IMG/VR virus record: IMGVR_UViG_3300036766_002289 | Span: 124,001-188,000 of that record | Length of the DNA stretch: 64,000 bases | Strand: one strand, 5' to 3' | Part shown: one piece after another, positions 40,037-48,916 of the stretch | Layout: the number at the start of each line of letters is the position of its first letter | Position numbering within the stretch: position 1 is the stretch's first letter | Program-made: the position numbers and the translations under genes | Notes under the pieces: generated by a model | What the model was told of the DNA's origin: nothing | The model's input: the letters and a program-made list of their open reading frames with translations, nothing else | Databases searched by the model: none

Positions 40037-40696
40037 ATGTGTCAGAATGTTGCCTTGATTAATGATGTGGTTAACGAATTCGTTAACGATGGTAAGATGT
40101 TTACGGCGTACAACGTTACGACAGAAGTACGCAAACGAACCAAGGACCGTATTGCTCATGATGAAGTGAAGAGGGACGTTCACCGCATGTTCAACGATGG
40201 CGAGATGTTCAGCTACAACCGCAGTCTCGCCATGTTGCCAGGAATTAATCCGCAACCTTGGGTTTATCATCCATTGGCTGCTGATATCTCACTTTACAAT
40301 GGCCAGCCAACGGGTACTGTTACTTCAACTCCACCTTTCAGTGGTGTCCCTACTTTGATTCCGCATGTGCCTAATTCCATTAGCACGAATGCCGTGGCGA
40401 GTGACAATGTTTTCAAGTTGGATACGACTAACAGGCTTTGTGTGCCAGCAAAATTGATCCGTAATTTAGGACTTTCTGCTGGAGACCAAGCTGCCGTTAT
40501 GTATGATTCGGAATTGATCTTGACTAGTGAAGGTAAGGCTGCGACAATGACAAGCGCGGACTACATTACAAGCTATGTCGTAGACTCTTACGATAATGTC
40601 CGTCTCACGCTTACAGCTTTGCAAAAGGGTCGTCTCAATGGCACTGAATTCGAAATCGAAGGAGACTTGGAAAAAGTCACCATCCGACCTCACTAA
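40037..40696 (+). CDS. Hypothetical protein with C-terminal AbrB-like region
   Basis: KLDTTNRLCVPAKLIRNLGLSAGD. Confidence 0.55.
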   Translation: MCQNVALINDVVNEFVNDGKMFTAYNVTTEVRKRTKDRIAHDEVKRDVHRMFNDGEMFSYNRSLAMLPGINPQPWVYHPLAADISLYNGQPTGTVTSTPPFSGVPTLIPHVPNSISTNAVASDNVFKLDTTNRLCVPAKLIRNLGLSAGDQAAVMYDSELILTSEGKAATMTSADYITSYVVDSYDNVRLTLTALQKGRLNGTEFEIEGDLEKVTIRPH

Positions 40697-40712
40697 TCCT
40701 AGTCACCTAATT

Positions 40713-41222
40713 ATGTCAGGTAAATATGACCAGGCGATTGTCTTACTTCGTAAGATGTTGAGACAATCGCCTGATTGTCATTGGGGATGGTTTGAGTTAT
40801 CATCCGCATACTACGAAAAAAAGAAATATATATTGGCCCTAAGATATGCTCAGAAGTCTTTAGCCATAGAACCAAATTGTCCATTAGCATTATGGCATTG
40901 TGCTGGCGCATTATCCCACACCGCTAGTATTCTGGGCATTGAAGAGAATTTTCAGAAGTCTTATGACATTTATAAGAAACTTTTGAAAAAAGGCGTAGCT
41001 GGTTTAGATAAAATGGATTGTTGTAATGAAGGCCATAATGACAACTTAGGACTTATCAATGATTGTCGTCTTGCCGTAGGCATGTGTGCTTATGGCATGA
41101 ATAAATACAAAGAAGCTAAGCGATGGACAAACTTGTTCATCAGCAAGCATGACAAAAACTCCATTTATACTAAAAAATTTGGCATTAGGGTTTTAAAGAG
41201 TATAGAAAAATATGAACACTAA
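40713..41222 (+). CDS. TPR-repeat protein
   Basis: GKYDQAIVLLRK...LSSAYYEKKKY..AL.Y..K.L...P. Confidence 0.75.
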   Translation: MSGKYDQAIVLLRKMLRQSPDCHWGWFELSSAYYEKKKYILALRYAQKSLAIEPNCPLALWHCAGALSHTASILGIEENFQKSYDIYKKLLKKGVAGLDKMDCCNEGHNDNLGLINDCRLAVGMCAYGMNKYKEAKRWTNLFISKHDKNSIYTKKFGIRVLKSIEKYEH

Positions 41223-41344
41223 AATTGCAAAAGATTGTGGCCATGCCACTGACCGCATTTGGACAGTAGACGACAAAGAACTATGTTCAGAATGTATGCT
41301 TAGAATTATGAATAAAGATACTTACGACGAAGTATTCCAGGGAG

Positions 41345-41587
41345 ATGAAGATGAAGAAGAACGAGAAGCTTACTGATTTACTTAAATGGCATCATAGTGC
41401 TATTAACACGTTAGATAAACTAATTAAAGATATACGGCACGCTATTGCCGAAGAAGCTAAACGGCGGTGCCATGAGAATAATCAAGCATTGATAGATTCT
41501 GAAACCGTATGTCAAGCTATGAAAAAGTATGTTAAACCAGAATTTTATGATCCTTACGCCGATTCGTTATCTTCGCGTGGCGACTAG
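41345..41587 (+). CDS. Hypothetical protein
   Basis: ORF track. Confidence 0.45.
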   Translation: MKMKKNEKLTDLLKWHHSAINTLDKLIKDIRHAIAEEAKRRCHENNQALIDSETVCQAMKKYVKPEFYDPYADSLSSRGD

Positions 41588-41595
41588 ATAAATGC

Positions 41596-42240
41596 ATGAA
41601 GGATTTGGCGATTTACACCGCAATTACTGGTGGCTATGATAGCGTAAAAGAACATGTAAACTTGCCAGGGGACTTGTTCATATTTACTGATAGGGAAGTG
41701 CGTAGTGATAAGTATTATGTGTTGCCATGTTTGAATTTGTTCAAAAGTAATAATAGAAATGCTAAAATACATAAAGTGCTTGCGCATGTGTATTTTCCAG
41801 AATATGAATATACTTTATGGATTGATGGGAACGTAAGAATTAAAAAAGATATATCTTCTTTGATAAATCGCTTGAAAAACCATGATATAAGTTTATTTAA
41901 ACACTCTGAAAGAACTTGTGCATACAAAGAGGCAAAGGTTTGTAGTCATTATATTTTAGACAAACCACCTATAATTTCGAAGCAAGTAGAAAGATACAAA
42001 AAGGAACAATTTCCAGAACAATATGGTTTGTGGTGTGGTGGAATTATTTTCCGAAGTAATCGGATGCATAATCTAAATGAATTTTGGTGGAAAGAAATCT
42101 GTGCTGGCTCTAAAAGAGACCAGATAAGCCTGCCATATGCTCTATGGAAAAATAACATTACGGCGAACAATATAGATGGCAACATGATAGATGGATGTTT
42201 CGAACTACACTCCCATTTAAGATTGCCGACTATAAACTAG
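41596..42240 (+). CDS. DUF616/TOD1-like glycosyltransferase domain protein
   Basis: YTAITGGYD, WIDGN, RDQISL. Confidence 0.8.
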   Translation: MKDLAIYTAITGGYDSVKEHVNLPGDLFIFTDREVRSDKYYVLPCLNLFKSNNRNAKIHKVLAHVYFPEYEYTLWIDGNVRIKKDISSLINRLKNHDISLFKHSERTCAYKEAKVCSHYILDKPPIISKQVERYKKEQFPEQYGLWCGGIIFRSNRMHNLNEFWWKEICAGSKRDQISLPYALWKNNITANNIDGNMIDGCFELHSHLRLPTIN

Positions 42241-42247
42241 ATAGTGT

Positions 42248-42745
42248 ATGAGTTTCAAAGTATGGTTAGAATCCAGTATAAATGATTTATACGATAGTGC
42301 TGTGGATGCCTATCCTAAAACAAAGTTTAGACAACATGCAGTTGACACTATTAAGATCGTAGAATTGAGTATTATCCCCTTCAAAGGTATGAAGACCATA
42401 TTCTTCAAGGGTTTAGCTCAAAACGAAGGCAACGAATACAATACGGTGATTGTCTTCAAAGAAGTGGATTATTCAAAAGGCATAAAGATAACTGCTAGTG
42501 ATGGACTAGATTATGAACTAAAGCCTTTATCAGTTAATAATGATGTTTTTGTTAGGTGCGATTGTCCTGATTTCAGTTGGCGATTCAATTATTACAATTA
42601 TCTGGACCACTCACTATATGGAAAGAAAAGAAAGAAATACGAAAGTGGTGAGTATCCTGCAAATCCAAAAGAGTCGCCTGGTCTGTGTAAACACCTAATC
42701 TCTATGACACGGGCATTAAGAGATTCGGGCATTTTGAAAGACTGA
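42248..42745 (+). CDS. SWIM zinc-finger protein
   Basis: VRCDCPDF...LCKHL; MSFKVWLE N-terminus. Confidence 0.7.
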   Translation: MSFKVWLESSINDLYDSAVDAYPKTKFRQHAVDTIKIVELSIIPFKGMKTIFFKGLAQNEGNEYNTVIVFKEVDYSKGIKITASDGLDYELKPLSVNNDVFVRCDCPDFSWRFNYYNYLDHSLYGKKRKKYESGEYPANPKESPGLCKHLISMTRALRDSGILKD

Positions 42746-42746
42746 A

Positions 42747-43730
42747 ATGATTACCAGAGATAAAGTTCGTGGTATGTTCTTAGGCGTTGCCATTGGGGAT
42801 TCTTTTGGAATGCCTTTCGAAAGCAAGAAGTTTGAAGATGTTAAAGCCCTAAAAAGAACTAATACTTATCGAAGTAGTAATCGTGGTAAGAAGGGCAGTT
42901 GGACTGACGATACACAATTAACGATTGCTACAGCATTGGCCATGCTTGAATCAGGTGATTTCAACATGGACAACATTGCTGCTTGGCATGTCAAAGCTTA
43001 TAAAGCTTCGACTTCAGGGTGGGGAGGCACGACTAGGGATGCTGTTAAAAAACTCTCTGAAGGAACACATTGGTCAGAATCTGGTAAATTTGTAGGACAA
43101 AATAATAGGGGATTTGGCAATGGTGTAGTGATGAAAGCAGCACCATTAGCTGCATACTTTGCTCTTGCCAATGACGACTTGGATTATGACAATTCCATTT
43201 GTGATTTTACAATGATGACCCACCAAACAAGTGTGGCTGTTAGTTCTTGTTATGCCCATGTAGAAGCTCTAATGTATTGTTTGCGAGAAACAATTGATAG
43301 CTTCCGCAGTAGAGAATTTATTGAGGCGATAGTGGAGTCCAGTACGATTGGTGCCGCTTATTTCCCAGAAACTTTCAAGGATGATATAACCACTAAGTTA
43401 GAATCTATAAGAGAAATATACAGTATTCCAGATTTACTTTTTGATGACGGTTATTTAGTCAGCGAATTTGGCGGCGGTTCTTGTTATGTTTATGATTCTT
43501 TACCATTTTCTTATGCATTTTTCCTACGTGGTCCATTCAGTATTGAGAGCATGTATGATGTTGCATATGCTGGCGGTGACTCTGATACAAATGCCTCCAT
43601 CGTTGCAAGCATGATCGGCGCAATCTGTGGAACGAAAGTTTTCCCAAAAACTCTGGTAGAAGGATTATCTGCAAAAAATCAAATTTTGAGAATAGCCGAC
43701 CTGTTTTATGAAAAGTTCTTTACAAATTGA
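42747..43730 (+). CDS. ADP-ribosylglycohydrolase (ARH/DraG family)
   Basis: AIGDSFG, WTDDTQL, GNGVVMK, GGDSDT. Confidence 0.9.
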   Translation: MITRDKVRGMFLGVAIGDSFGMPFESKKFEDVKALKRTNTYRSSNRGKKGSWTDDTQLTIATALAMLESGDFNMDNIAAWHVKAYKASTSGWGGTTRDAVKKLSEGTHWSESGKFVGQNNRGFGNGVVMKAAPLAAYFALANDDLDYDNSICDFTMMTHQTSVAVSSCYAHVEALMYCLRETIDSFRSREFIEAIVESSTIGAAYFPETFKDDITTKLESIREIYSIPDLLFDDGYLVSEFGGGSCYVYDSLPFSYAFFLRGPFSIESMYDVAYAGGDSDTNASIVASMIGAICGTKVFPKTLVEGLSAKNQILRIADLFYEKFFTN

Positions 43731-43787
43731 AGAACTGTGCTAAAATACGGTAGGGCACGGAGTTATCTTGTCTAAGGGAGGACCGAA

Positions 43788-44219
43788 ATGTATGCTTCCC
43801 ATGATTTCGTCATTACAAAACACCTGAGAGAAAGATTTGTTGAACGTTTTTCAAAAGAAAGTGTAGAATTTGCCCACCTGCGAGCATGTAAACAAATTAG
43901 TTGTGAAACATGCAGAGAACTGACGTTTAGTTTATGCGAATTAGTAGAGCAAAATAGAAAAAATTGGGATAGCATTATTTGTGCAAAAATGCACGATGCA
44001 AAAAACGTTAAGATTTTCCAGAATGATTTTACTTTCATGGACACAATGTATAAGAAATATGGTTACGACCGTTATGACTTTCTGGTAGAAGGCAATATCT
44101 TATTTGTGGTCAAAGGGAATCATGTGGGAGTTACTTGCTGTAATGCTCAAAACCCACTCAATGGTTCAATGGTAATTGCAAACTATATCAATCGTCCAAA
44201 ATACAAGAAAGCAAATTAA
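43788..44219 (+). CDS. Hypothetical protein
   Basis: GGAGG ribosome-binding site; TKHLRERF motif. Confidence 0.6.
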   Translation: MYASHDFVITKHLRERFVERFSKESVEFAHLRACKQISCETCRELTFSLCELVEQNRKNWDSIICAKMHDAKNVKIFQNDFTFMDTMYKKYGYDRYDFLVEGNILFVVKGNHVGVTCCNAQNPLNGSMVIANYINRPKYKKAN

Positions 44220-44222
44220 GAA

Positions 44223-44849
44223 ATGGCTATTCTCAAGAAAAAAGATAATGTGAAAACACCAGCACAGATGCGTGTTCTAATTGCCAAGGATGTACTGGAG
44301 ATGCTACCGCTCTTGCATCCAGTGCAGGGAACGTACCTATTGCTAAAAGAATCACTCCGTAAAGACTTACGTGACGCCAAGACAAATATGAAATTTGTTG
44401 CTAGTAATTGTAAAGTGTGCGCTCTGGGTGCCTGTTTCCTTGGATGGGTTCATCATTTCAATACGCTTTCCATACTTGATCTTAATTGCACCGACCATGA
44501 GCAAATGATTAGATTGATGAGCGATGTTTTTGATGCAGGTCAACTCGAAATGATTGAGGCAGCGTTTGAGGGATTTGATAGGTTAGCTAGTTATGTAACG
44601 CGCTACCCCGATCTTCATGACCGCCTTCGCGCCATCATGGAAAACATCGTTGTAAATAAAGGAACTTTTGTCCCATTGGATAATCAAATGGAAGCTTCAT
44701 GCACTTGGGGTGACGGCCCTGATGTACTGCTAAGCATCAACGGCACACATTATGATTTAACTGCTGACGAGGCAATACGGTTATCTGTGGATTTAAGTCT
44801 AGCAGCAGCATGGGCAAAAGAGCAGAATGAACAAACACTTTGCCGATAA
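44223..44849 (+). CDS. Hypothetical phage protein
   Basis: ORF track; CALGAC motif. Confidence 0.55.
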   Translation: MAILKKKDNVKTPAQMRVLIAKDVLEMLPLLHPVQGTYLLLKESLRKDLRDAKTNMKFVASNCKVCALGACFLGWVHHFNTLSILDLNCTDHEQMIRLMSDVFDAGQLEMIEAAFEGFDRLASYVTRYPDLHDRLRAIMENIVVNKGTFVPLDNQMEASCTWGDGPDVLLSINGTHYDLTADEAIRLSVDLSLAAAWAKEQNEQTLCR

Positions 44850-45120
44850 ACTGTTGTCTGGGGAAACCGTTGAATGTCGTCCGCGTGGTAGCTCCATGAC
44901 CCCTAAGATTAAGTCTGGCCAATTGATAACAATATCACCAGACCTATCTGAACTACATAAGGGTGACGTAGTGTTCTGTAAGGTTAAAGGCAAGTATTTC
45001 GTTCATCTGTTATCTGCTATCCAAGGTGAACGTTATCAGATAAGTAATAACCACAACCATGTTAATGGCTGGATTGGCAAAAATTCTATGTTTGGTAAAG
45101 TAGTAAAGGTATCAGACTAA
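44827..45120 (+). CDS. S24/S26 peptidase-like small protein
   Basis: GSSMTP, GDVVFC, VHLL. Confidence 0.65.
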   Translation: MNKHFADKLLSGETVECRPRGSSMTPKIKSGQLITISPDLSELHKGDVVFCKVKGKYFVHLLSAIQGERYQISNNHNHVNGWIGKNSMFGKVVKVSD

Positions 45121-45308
45121 TGGAACTCCAGAAACGAAAACCAGAATATGCAATTCCAATATGGTGTCAAATGCCAATGGAGGAACATTTGTGTTTTGGT
45201 GGCTGTTGGGGAATTTCGAGTGGTAGAGTCGCGGAGGAAGGGCACGAATACTGTAAGGACTGTGAGTATAACGAAGATAATCTAAATGTGTCCAGTGGTG
45301 TAAGGTAG
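45120..45308 (+). CDS. Small Cys-rich hypothetical protein
   Basis: ORF track; 3' end overlaps the tRNA-like RNA. Confidence 0.45.
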   Translation: MELQKRKPEYAIPIWCQMPMEEHLCFGGCWGISSGRVAEEGHEYCKDCEYNEDNLNVSSGVR

Positions 45309-45473
45309 CACACTTTGGCTGAGAAGGTAAGGTTCGATTCCTATGTGGTGTTAAGGGCACGCCAGATTCAACTGGAAGTTTTAGGTTAAATTCCTAAACA
45401 GTGGTGTAAGGCTGTGATGAGCAGAGCGCACATCGAAGCCAAGGTAGATAAGGTTCGAATCCTTGCTGGGCAA
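45289..45473 (+). ncRNA. tRNA-like RNA (tRNA-Gln-type shell) with a 116-nt insert replacing the anticodon loop
   Basis: Acceptor TGTCCAG/CTGGGCA+A, D arm GTGT-AAGGTA-GCAC, 8-bp stem CTTTGGCT/AGCCAAGG, T arm TAAGG-TTCGAAT-CCTTG. Confidence 0.65.
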
Positions 45474-45490
45474 TTAAAAAGGAGATTACT

Positions 45491-45862
45491 ATGAAAGACC
45501 TTGTGATGGAAGTCCAGAATTTTTTTAACGGTATGAACAATGTAACCTTACTTGGTGGCCAAGTTCTGGCCCAAGTAAAAGTTGGTGATGAAGTTGAAAT
45601 CGTCACCACTAGATCGGGCCGCAAAACCCGAATAGTTGGTATTAAACGATTCAACCAAAGTCTAGACTGTGTTAATGGTGGTGTGGCTGGACTTCTATTT
45701 GAAGGAATAGGAGACTTAGATTTTAGGACTACTCCACTACCCCCAAATCCTTATAATCCCAAGACTCAATTAGAAGAATATCTCAAGTTCAGCAGCAAAG
45801 ACAACGATGCCGAAAACGTAAGGATCGTTAGGGCACCTCAACCTGTTGCTTGGCAGTTTTGA
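45491..45862 (+). CDS. Stand-alone EF-Tu domain II-like protein
   Basis: GQVLAQVKVGDEVEIV...KTRIVGIKRFNQSLD...GLLFEGI resembles EF-Tu GRVERGIIKVGEEVEIV...TGVEMFRKLLD...GVLLRGI. Confidence 0.7.
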   Translation: MKDLVMEVQNFFNGMNNVTLLGGQVLAQVKVGDEVEIVTTRSGRKTRIVGIKRFNQSLDCVNGGVAGLLFEGIGDLDFRTTPLPPNPYNPKTQLEEYLKFSSKDNDAENVRIVRAPQPVAWQF

Positions 45863-45871
45863 GGACTAATC

Positions 45872-46081
45872 ATGAGAACACTACAATTAATATTTATGTT
45901 GCTCGGTGCGTTGCCAGCTTTGCTTATTACTAGGATGCTGCCAAATCCACATAGAAGCGGCAAACATGGACTCGCAGTATTGATGCATGTGTCGCTTATC
46001 AGCGGGACAATAATGGCTTTAATAGTCTTGGCATTGGCCTTATACATTATATTTAATTTCCTTGAGGTCACAAATGCCTAA
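45872..46081 (+). CDS. Small membrane protein
   Basis: GAGG ribosome-binding site; two hydrophobic segments. Confidence 0.55.
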   Translation: MRTLQLIFMLLGALPALLITRMLPNPHRSGKHGLAVLMHVSLISGTIMALIVLALALYIIFNFLEVTNA

Positions 46082-46295
46082 AATTCTAGAAGAAGCCTTA
46101 ATGTGGTTGGGAATTTGGGCAATTATTTTTAATATCTTTTTTGCTGTGCCCTTATTCTTTTATTTAAGAAGCATATCAAGGGAGAAGTTTATATGCATCA
46201 TGTATATTCTGCACCATTGGTTGCAGAATTTTGATTGTGGTTATGGGCAAGATGAAGTGTTGAGGGATTTAGCAAAGGTGGAAAAACATGTCTAA
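46074..46295 (+). CDS. Small membrane protein
   Basis: Coupled ORF; hydrophobic segment. Confidence 0.5.
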   Translation: MPKILEEALMWLGIWAIIFNIFFAVPLFFYLRSISREKFICIMYILHHWLQNFDCGYGQDEVLRDLAKVEKHV

Positions 46296-46506
46296 GGAAG
46301 ATGTTATTCAGGCAGAAGGTAAAGTCTTAGAATCTTTGCCTAATGCACAGTTCAAAGTGAAGCTGGATACTGGTTATGAAATCATAGCCCATATATCTGG
46401 CAGGATGCGAAAGAACTTTATCAAGGTGATCCCAGGCGACGTTGTAGAAGTCGAGATTTCACCTTATGATTTGACCAAGGGTCGAATCAGCCGTAGAACA
46501 AGATGA
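46288..46506 (+). CDS. infA: Translation initiation factor IF-1
   Basis: [20 protein letters not shown]...[28 protein letters not shown]. Confidence 0.96.
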   Translation: MSKEDVIQAEGKVLESLPNAQFKVKLDTGYEIIAHISGRMRKNFIKVIPGDVVEVEISPYDLTKGRISRRTR

Positions 46507-46512
46507 TTGTAT

Positions 46513-46585
46513 GCTCTTGTAGCTCAATGGGAGAGCGACGAACTCTAAATTCGATTGGTTGAGGGTTCGAATCCCTCCAAGAGCG
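46513..46585 (+). tRNA. Amber suppressor tRNA (anticodon CTA)
   Basis: Acceptor GCTCTTG/CAAGAGC+G, D arm GCTC-AATGGGA-GAGC, loop CT-CTA-AA (46543-46549), T arm GAGGG-TTCGAAT-CCCTC. Confidence 0.88.
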
Positions 46586-46858
46586 TTATGAAAACTGCAA
46601 TATTATTGCTGTACATTATAGGCAGCTTGTGCTTCCTAACAGGCAGTATATTATCCCTTATAATTCATTTTAGAGAATAAACATGGACGAAGGACTTAAA
46701 AAGATCATGCATCTTGCCCTTGTGTCGGGCATCATTACTCTATATGCTGTATTTTATCCATTACACGCATTGATTACATTAATTCTAACATGCTGTGTAT
46801 TGTTCATCATGAGGAATGGGTAAAATTCTACTTGACTTAACAATTCAAGGTGATTATC

Positions 46859-47116
46859 ATGAGCCTACCAAGAGTTAATCATGAATGCTGTGGTCCAGTT
46901 GAACGTGAAATTGGGAAAGATGATTTTCTTACCGTATCAGCTAAGCACTTAGTAGAAACTAATCCCACAATTGCAGGGGTTCTTAGTGTTTTTATAGAAC
47001 GGATGCCAGAATGCTGTAAAAAAGCAGCAATGCTCGGTGTCTTTATGACATATAGACTCTTGGAAAATCAGGATGAATGTGATAGATTGGAGAAGGAATT
47101 AAATGGAATGGATTGA
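46859..47116 (+). CDS. Hypothetical protein
   Basis: ORF track. Confidence 0.55.
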   Translation: MSLPRVNHECCGPVEREIGKDDFLTVSAKHLVETNPTIAGVLSVFIERMPECCKKAAMLGVFMTYRLLENQDECDRLEKELNGMD

Positions 47117-47702
47117 AATAGTCGATGGTAAGTTAAAGCATCATATTCACTTGAGCGACGTTTGTGGTGATAAACCATTACATTTAGTGGCCCAAGGGGA
47201 AGCTCACTATGGTCATTGGTTGATGACTGAAGAAGAAATTAAAATTGCAAAAAAAGAAGAAGAAAGTTTGGACAGTATTGATGAATGGAACAAATTTGCC
47301 TATAGTGGATTAAGTCGCAGTGAAAAAGCTTATAATAAAGGCAGGGAAGATAAAGAAGCCAACTTATCTAAAAATTTAGAATATAATTCCTCAGCACACA
47401 AAGGTTTAAATGAACGAACACAAAAATATTATAATGCTGGCTACGATGGTATTGAAAAAGATAAAGTGAATGTGACGATTAATGAGTACCCAGCAGTCGT
47501 GTACCAATATCCTTGGATGCCTAACGATACTATTTTATACTATGAAAACCATCCTTTTGCGGCATTAGTTCCATATGTAGCCCCACTCCCTTACATGACC
47601 TGGAAAAAAGCAATTGAAGAACGTGGTTCAGAAGAAAAAATGAAAGAGTTTGTTGAATACTATAACAATTTGAAAGGTGAAAAACATGAGCGAAAGAATT
47701 AA
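47103..47702 (+). CDS. Hypothetical protein
   Basis: Coupled ORF. Confidence 0.55.
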   Translation: MEWIEIVDGKLKHHIHLSDVCGDKPLHLVAQGEAHYGHWLMTEEEIKIAKKEEESLDSIDEWNKFAYSGLSRSEKAYNKGREDKEANLSKNLEYNSSAHKGLNERTQKYYNAGYDGIEKDKVNVTINEYPAVVYQYPWMPNDTILYYENHPFAALVPYVAPLPYMTWKKAIEERGSEEKMKEFVEYYNNLKGEKHERKN

Positions 47703-48138
47703 GCACAAGGTCGTTCCAACCCAAATCAAGGGTGATGACCTAATGGCATTTGTTATTTATGCTAAGGTCAAGGCTGTAGACGCCGATGGCCTAAGAGTAA
47801 TTGTCACAGACACTAATGGCAAGGAAATTAGCATTAAGGGTCGAGACCTTATTGAAACGTCCTTCTCTGCCGACCAGTTCCAAGAAGAACAGAAGATCAG
47901 CAAGACTAAGGCTGAAGAAATTTTCTCTAATGTACAAGACCGACCATTAACTGTTGCCTTCACGAAGGCAGATGGCTCTGACCGCGTTCTTAGAGGTAGA
48001 GTAATTGGAGAAGCTCCACTCGGTAGGAGCTTGGTAGAAGATTTAGACATTGATGATCCAAAGAATCGCATCCGAGAAGTAGACCGTAGAACTATCCAAT
48101 GGTTTGTGGTCGATGGCGTTAAGTACAAAATTAAGTAA
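47686..48138 (+). CDS. Hypothetical protein with SH3/WYL_2-like C-terminal domain
   Basis: TVAFTKADGSDRVLRG...IREVD. Confidence 0.5.
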   Translation: MSERIKHKVVPTQIKGDDLMAFVIYAKVKAVDADGLRVIVTDTNGKEISIKGRDLIETSFSADQFQEEQKISKTKAEEIFSNVQDRPLTVAFTKADGSDRVLRGRVIGEAPLGRSLVEDLDIDDPKNRIREVDRRTIQWFVVDGVKYKIK

Positions 48139-48187
48139 GGAGTGGTATGACTTTTTTAAATTATGTTTTGGCGGTTGTACTTATAAG

Positions 48188-48400
48188 ATGAGGAAGTCCT
48201 TGATAGAACGACCTAAATGTAACCGTTGTAAAGGTTCACTGGATATTTGGCATGATCCAGAAACTGGTATTGGCCTGATATGCAACAATCCTGGCACTTT
48301 ACAAACAGATGCCCAATTTACGGAAAGATTTAATTCATTACCTGGCGATGATGTTGTCAAATTAGAAAAATTATATGGTCCAATTAGAAAGGAAAATTAG
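48188..48400 (+). CDS. Small Zn-ribbon hypothetical protein
   Basis: CNRC...C. Confidence 0.45.
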   Translation: MRKSLIERPKCNRCKGSLDIWHDPETGIGLICNNPGTLQTDAQFTERFNSLPGDDVVKLEKLYGPIRKEN

Positions 48401-48401
48401 A

Positions 48402-48602
48402 ATGGAACAGAAAATCAGAGAACTGGCTTATGAAATTTGGGAAAAAGCTGGTTCCCCTGAAAGTGACGGAATTCAATATTGGCTTCAAGCTGAATCTGAA
48501 TTAACTCCAATGGAATTTAGCCCACAAAAGAGACTTAGCAGGAAATTAGGTCCAGTCGGTAGACTACATGCCGCAAAAGTAAGCCCTGGAAAAAAGAAAT
48601 AA
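48402..48602 (+). CDS. DUF2934 domain protein
   Basis: IRELAYEIWEKAG......YWLQAE.EL. Confidence 0.8.
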   Translation: MEQKIRELAYEIWEKAGSPESDGIQYWLQAESELTPMEFSPQKRLSRKLGPVGRLHAAKVSPGKKK

Positions 48603-48606
48603 TCCT

Positions 48607-48632
48607 AAAAGGTGGCTTAAGCCACCTTTTTT
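48607..48632 (+). terminator. Intrinsic terminator
   Basis: AAAAGGTGGC-TTAA-GCCACCTTTTTT. Confidence 0.85.
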
Positions 48633-48642
48633 GTGGTATGAC

Positions 48643-48670
48643 TTGACAAGTCGCACATTAATGGTAAGAT
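48643..48670 (+). promoter_or_regulatory. Sigma70-type promoter
   Basis: TTGACA-N16-TAAGAT with extended TG. Confidence 0.7.
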
Positions 48671-48721
48671 AAAGGTAGGGAACGAGTTATGTCATTTTAT
48701 CTCTTACCAAAGGCATGAGAA

Positions 48722-48916
48722 ATGTCAGCGACAACAGATTTTCAAATGAGATTGTTAGAAGGAAGATCAAAAAGACTTAATCAATTAATTAAAATTGCCG
48801 CTCCTAAACATATGATTTGTAAAGAAGTTATTCTAATAGTGCAGATAGCAATGGTGCTAAACCCAAATATGTTTAAACCTTGGAGCAATAATGAATATGC
48901 AACCGCCACTGGATAA
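48722..48916 (+). CDS. Small hypothetical protein
   Basis: ORF track. Confidence 0.45.
   Translation: MSATTDFQMRLLEGRSKRLNQLIKIAAPKHMICKEVILIVQIAMVLNPNMFKPWSNNEYATATG

Noticed and set aside
45289-45473. tmRNA or a functional tRNA-Gln
   Set aside because: There is no G3:U70 alanine determinant, the D stem is retained and the RNA is short for tmRNA. The TTG triplet sits in a stem, not in a 7-nt loop.
46586-46680. Theta/HDV-like ribozyme or amber read-through ORF directly after the suppressor tRNA
   Set aside because: The trailer is an AT-rich small membrane ORF (46588-46680) ending in TAA, and no HDV-like pairing is visible.
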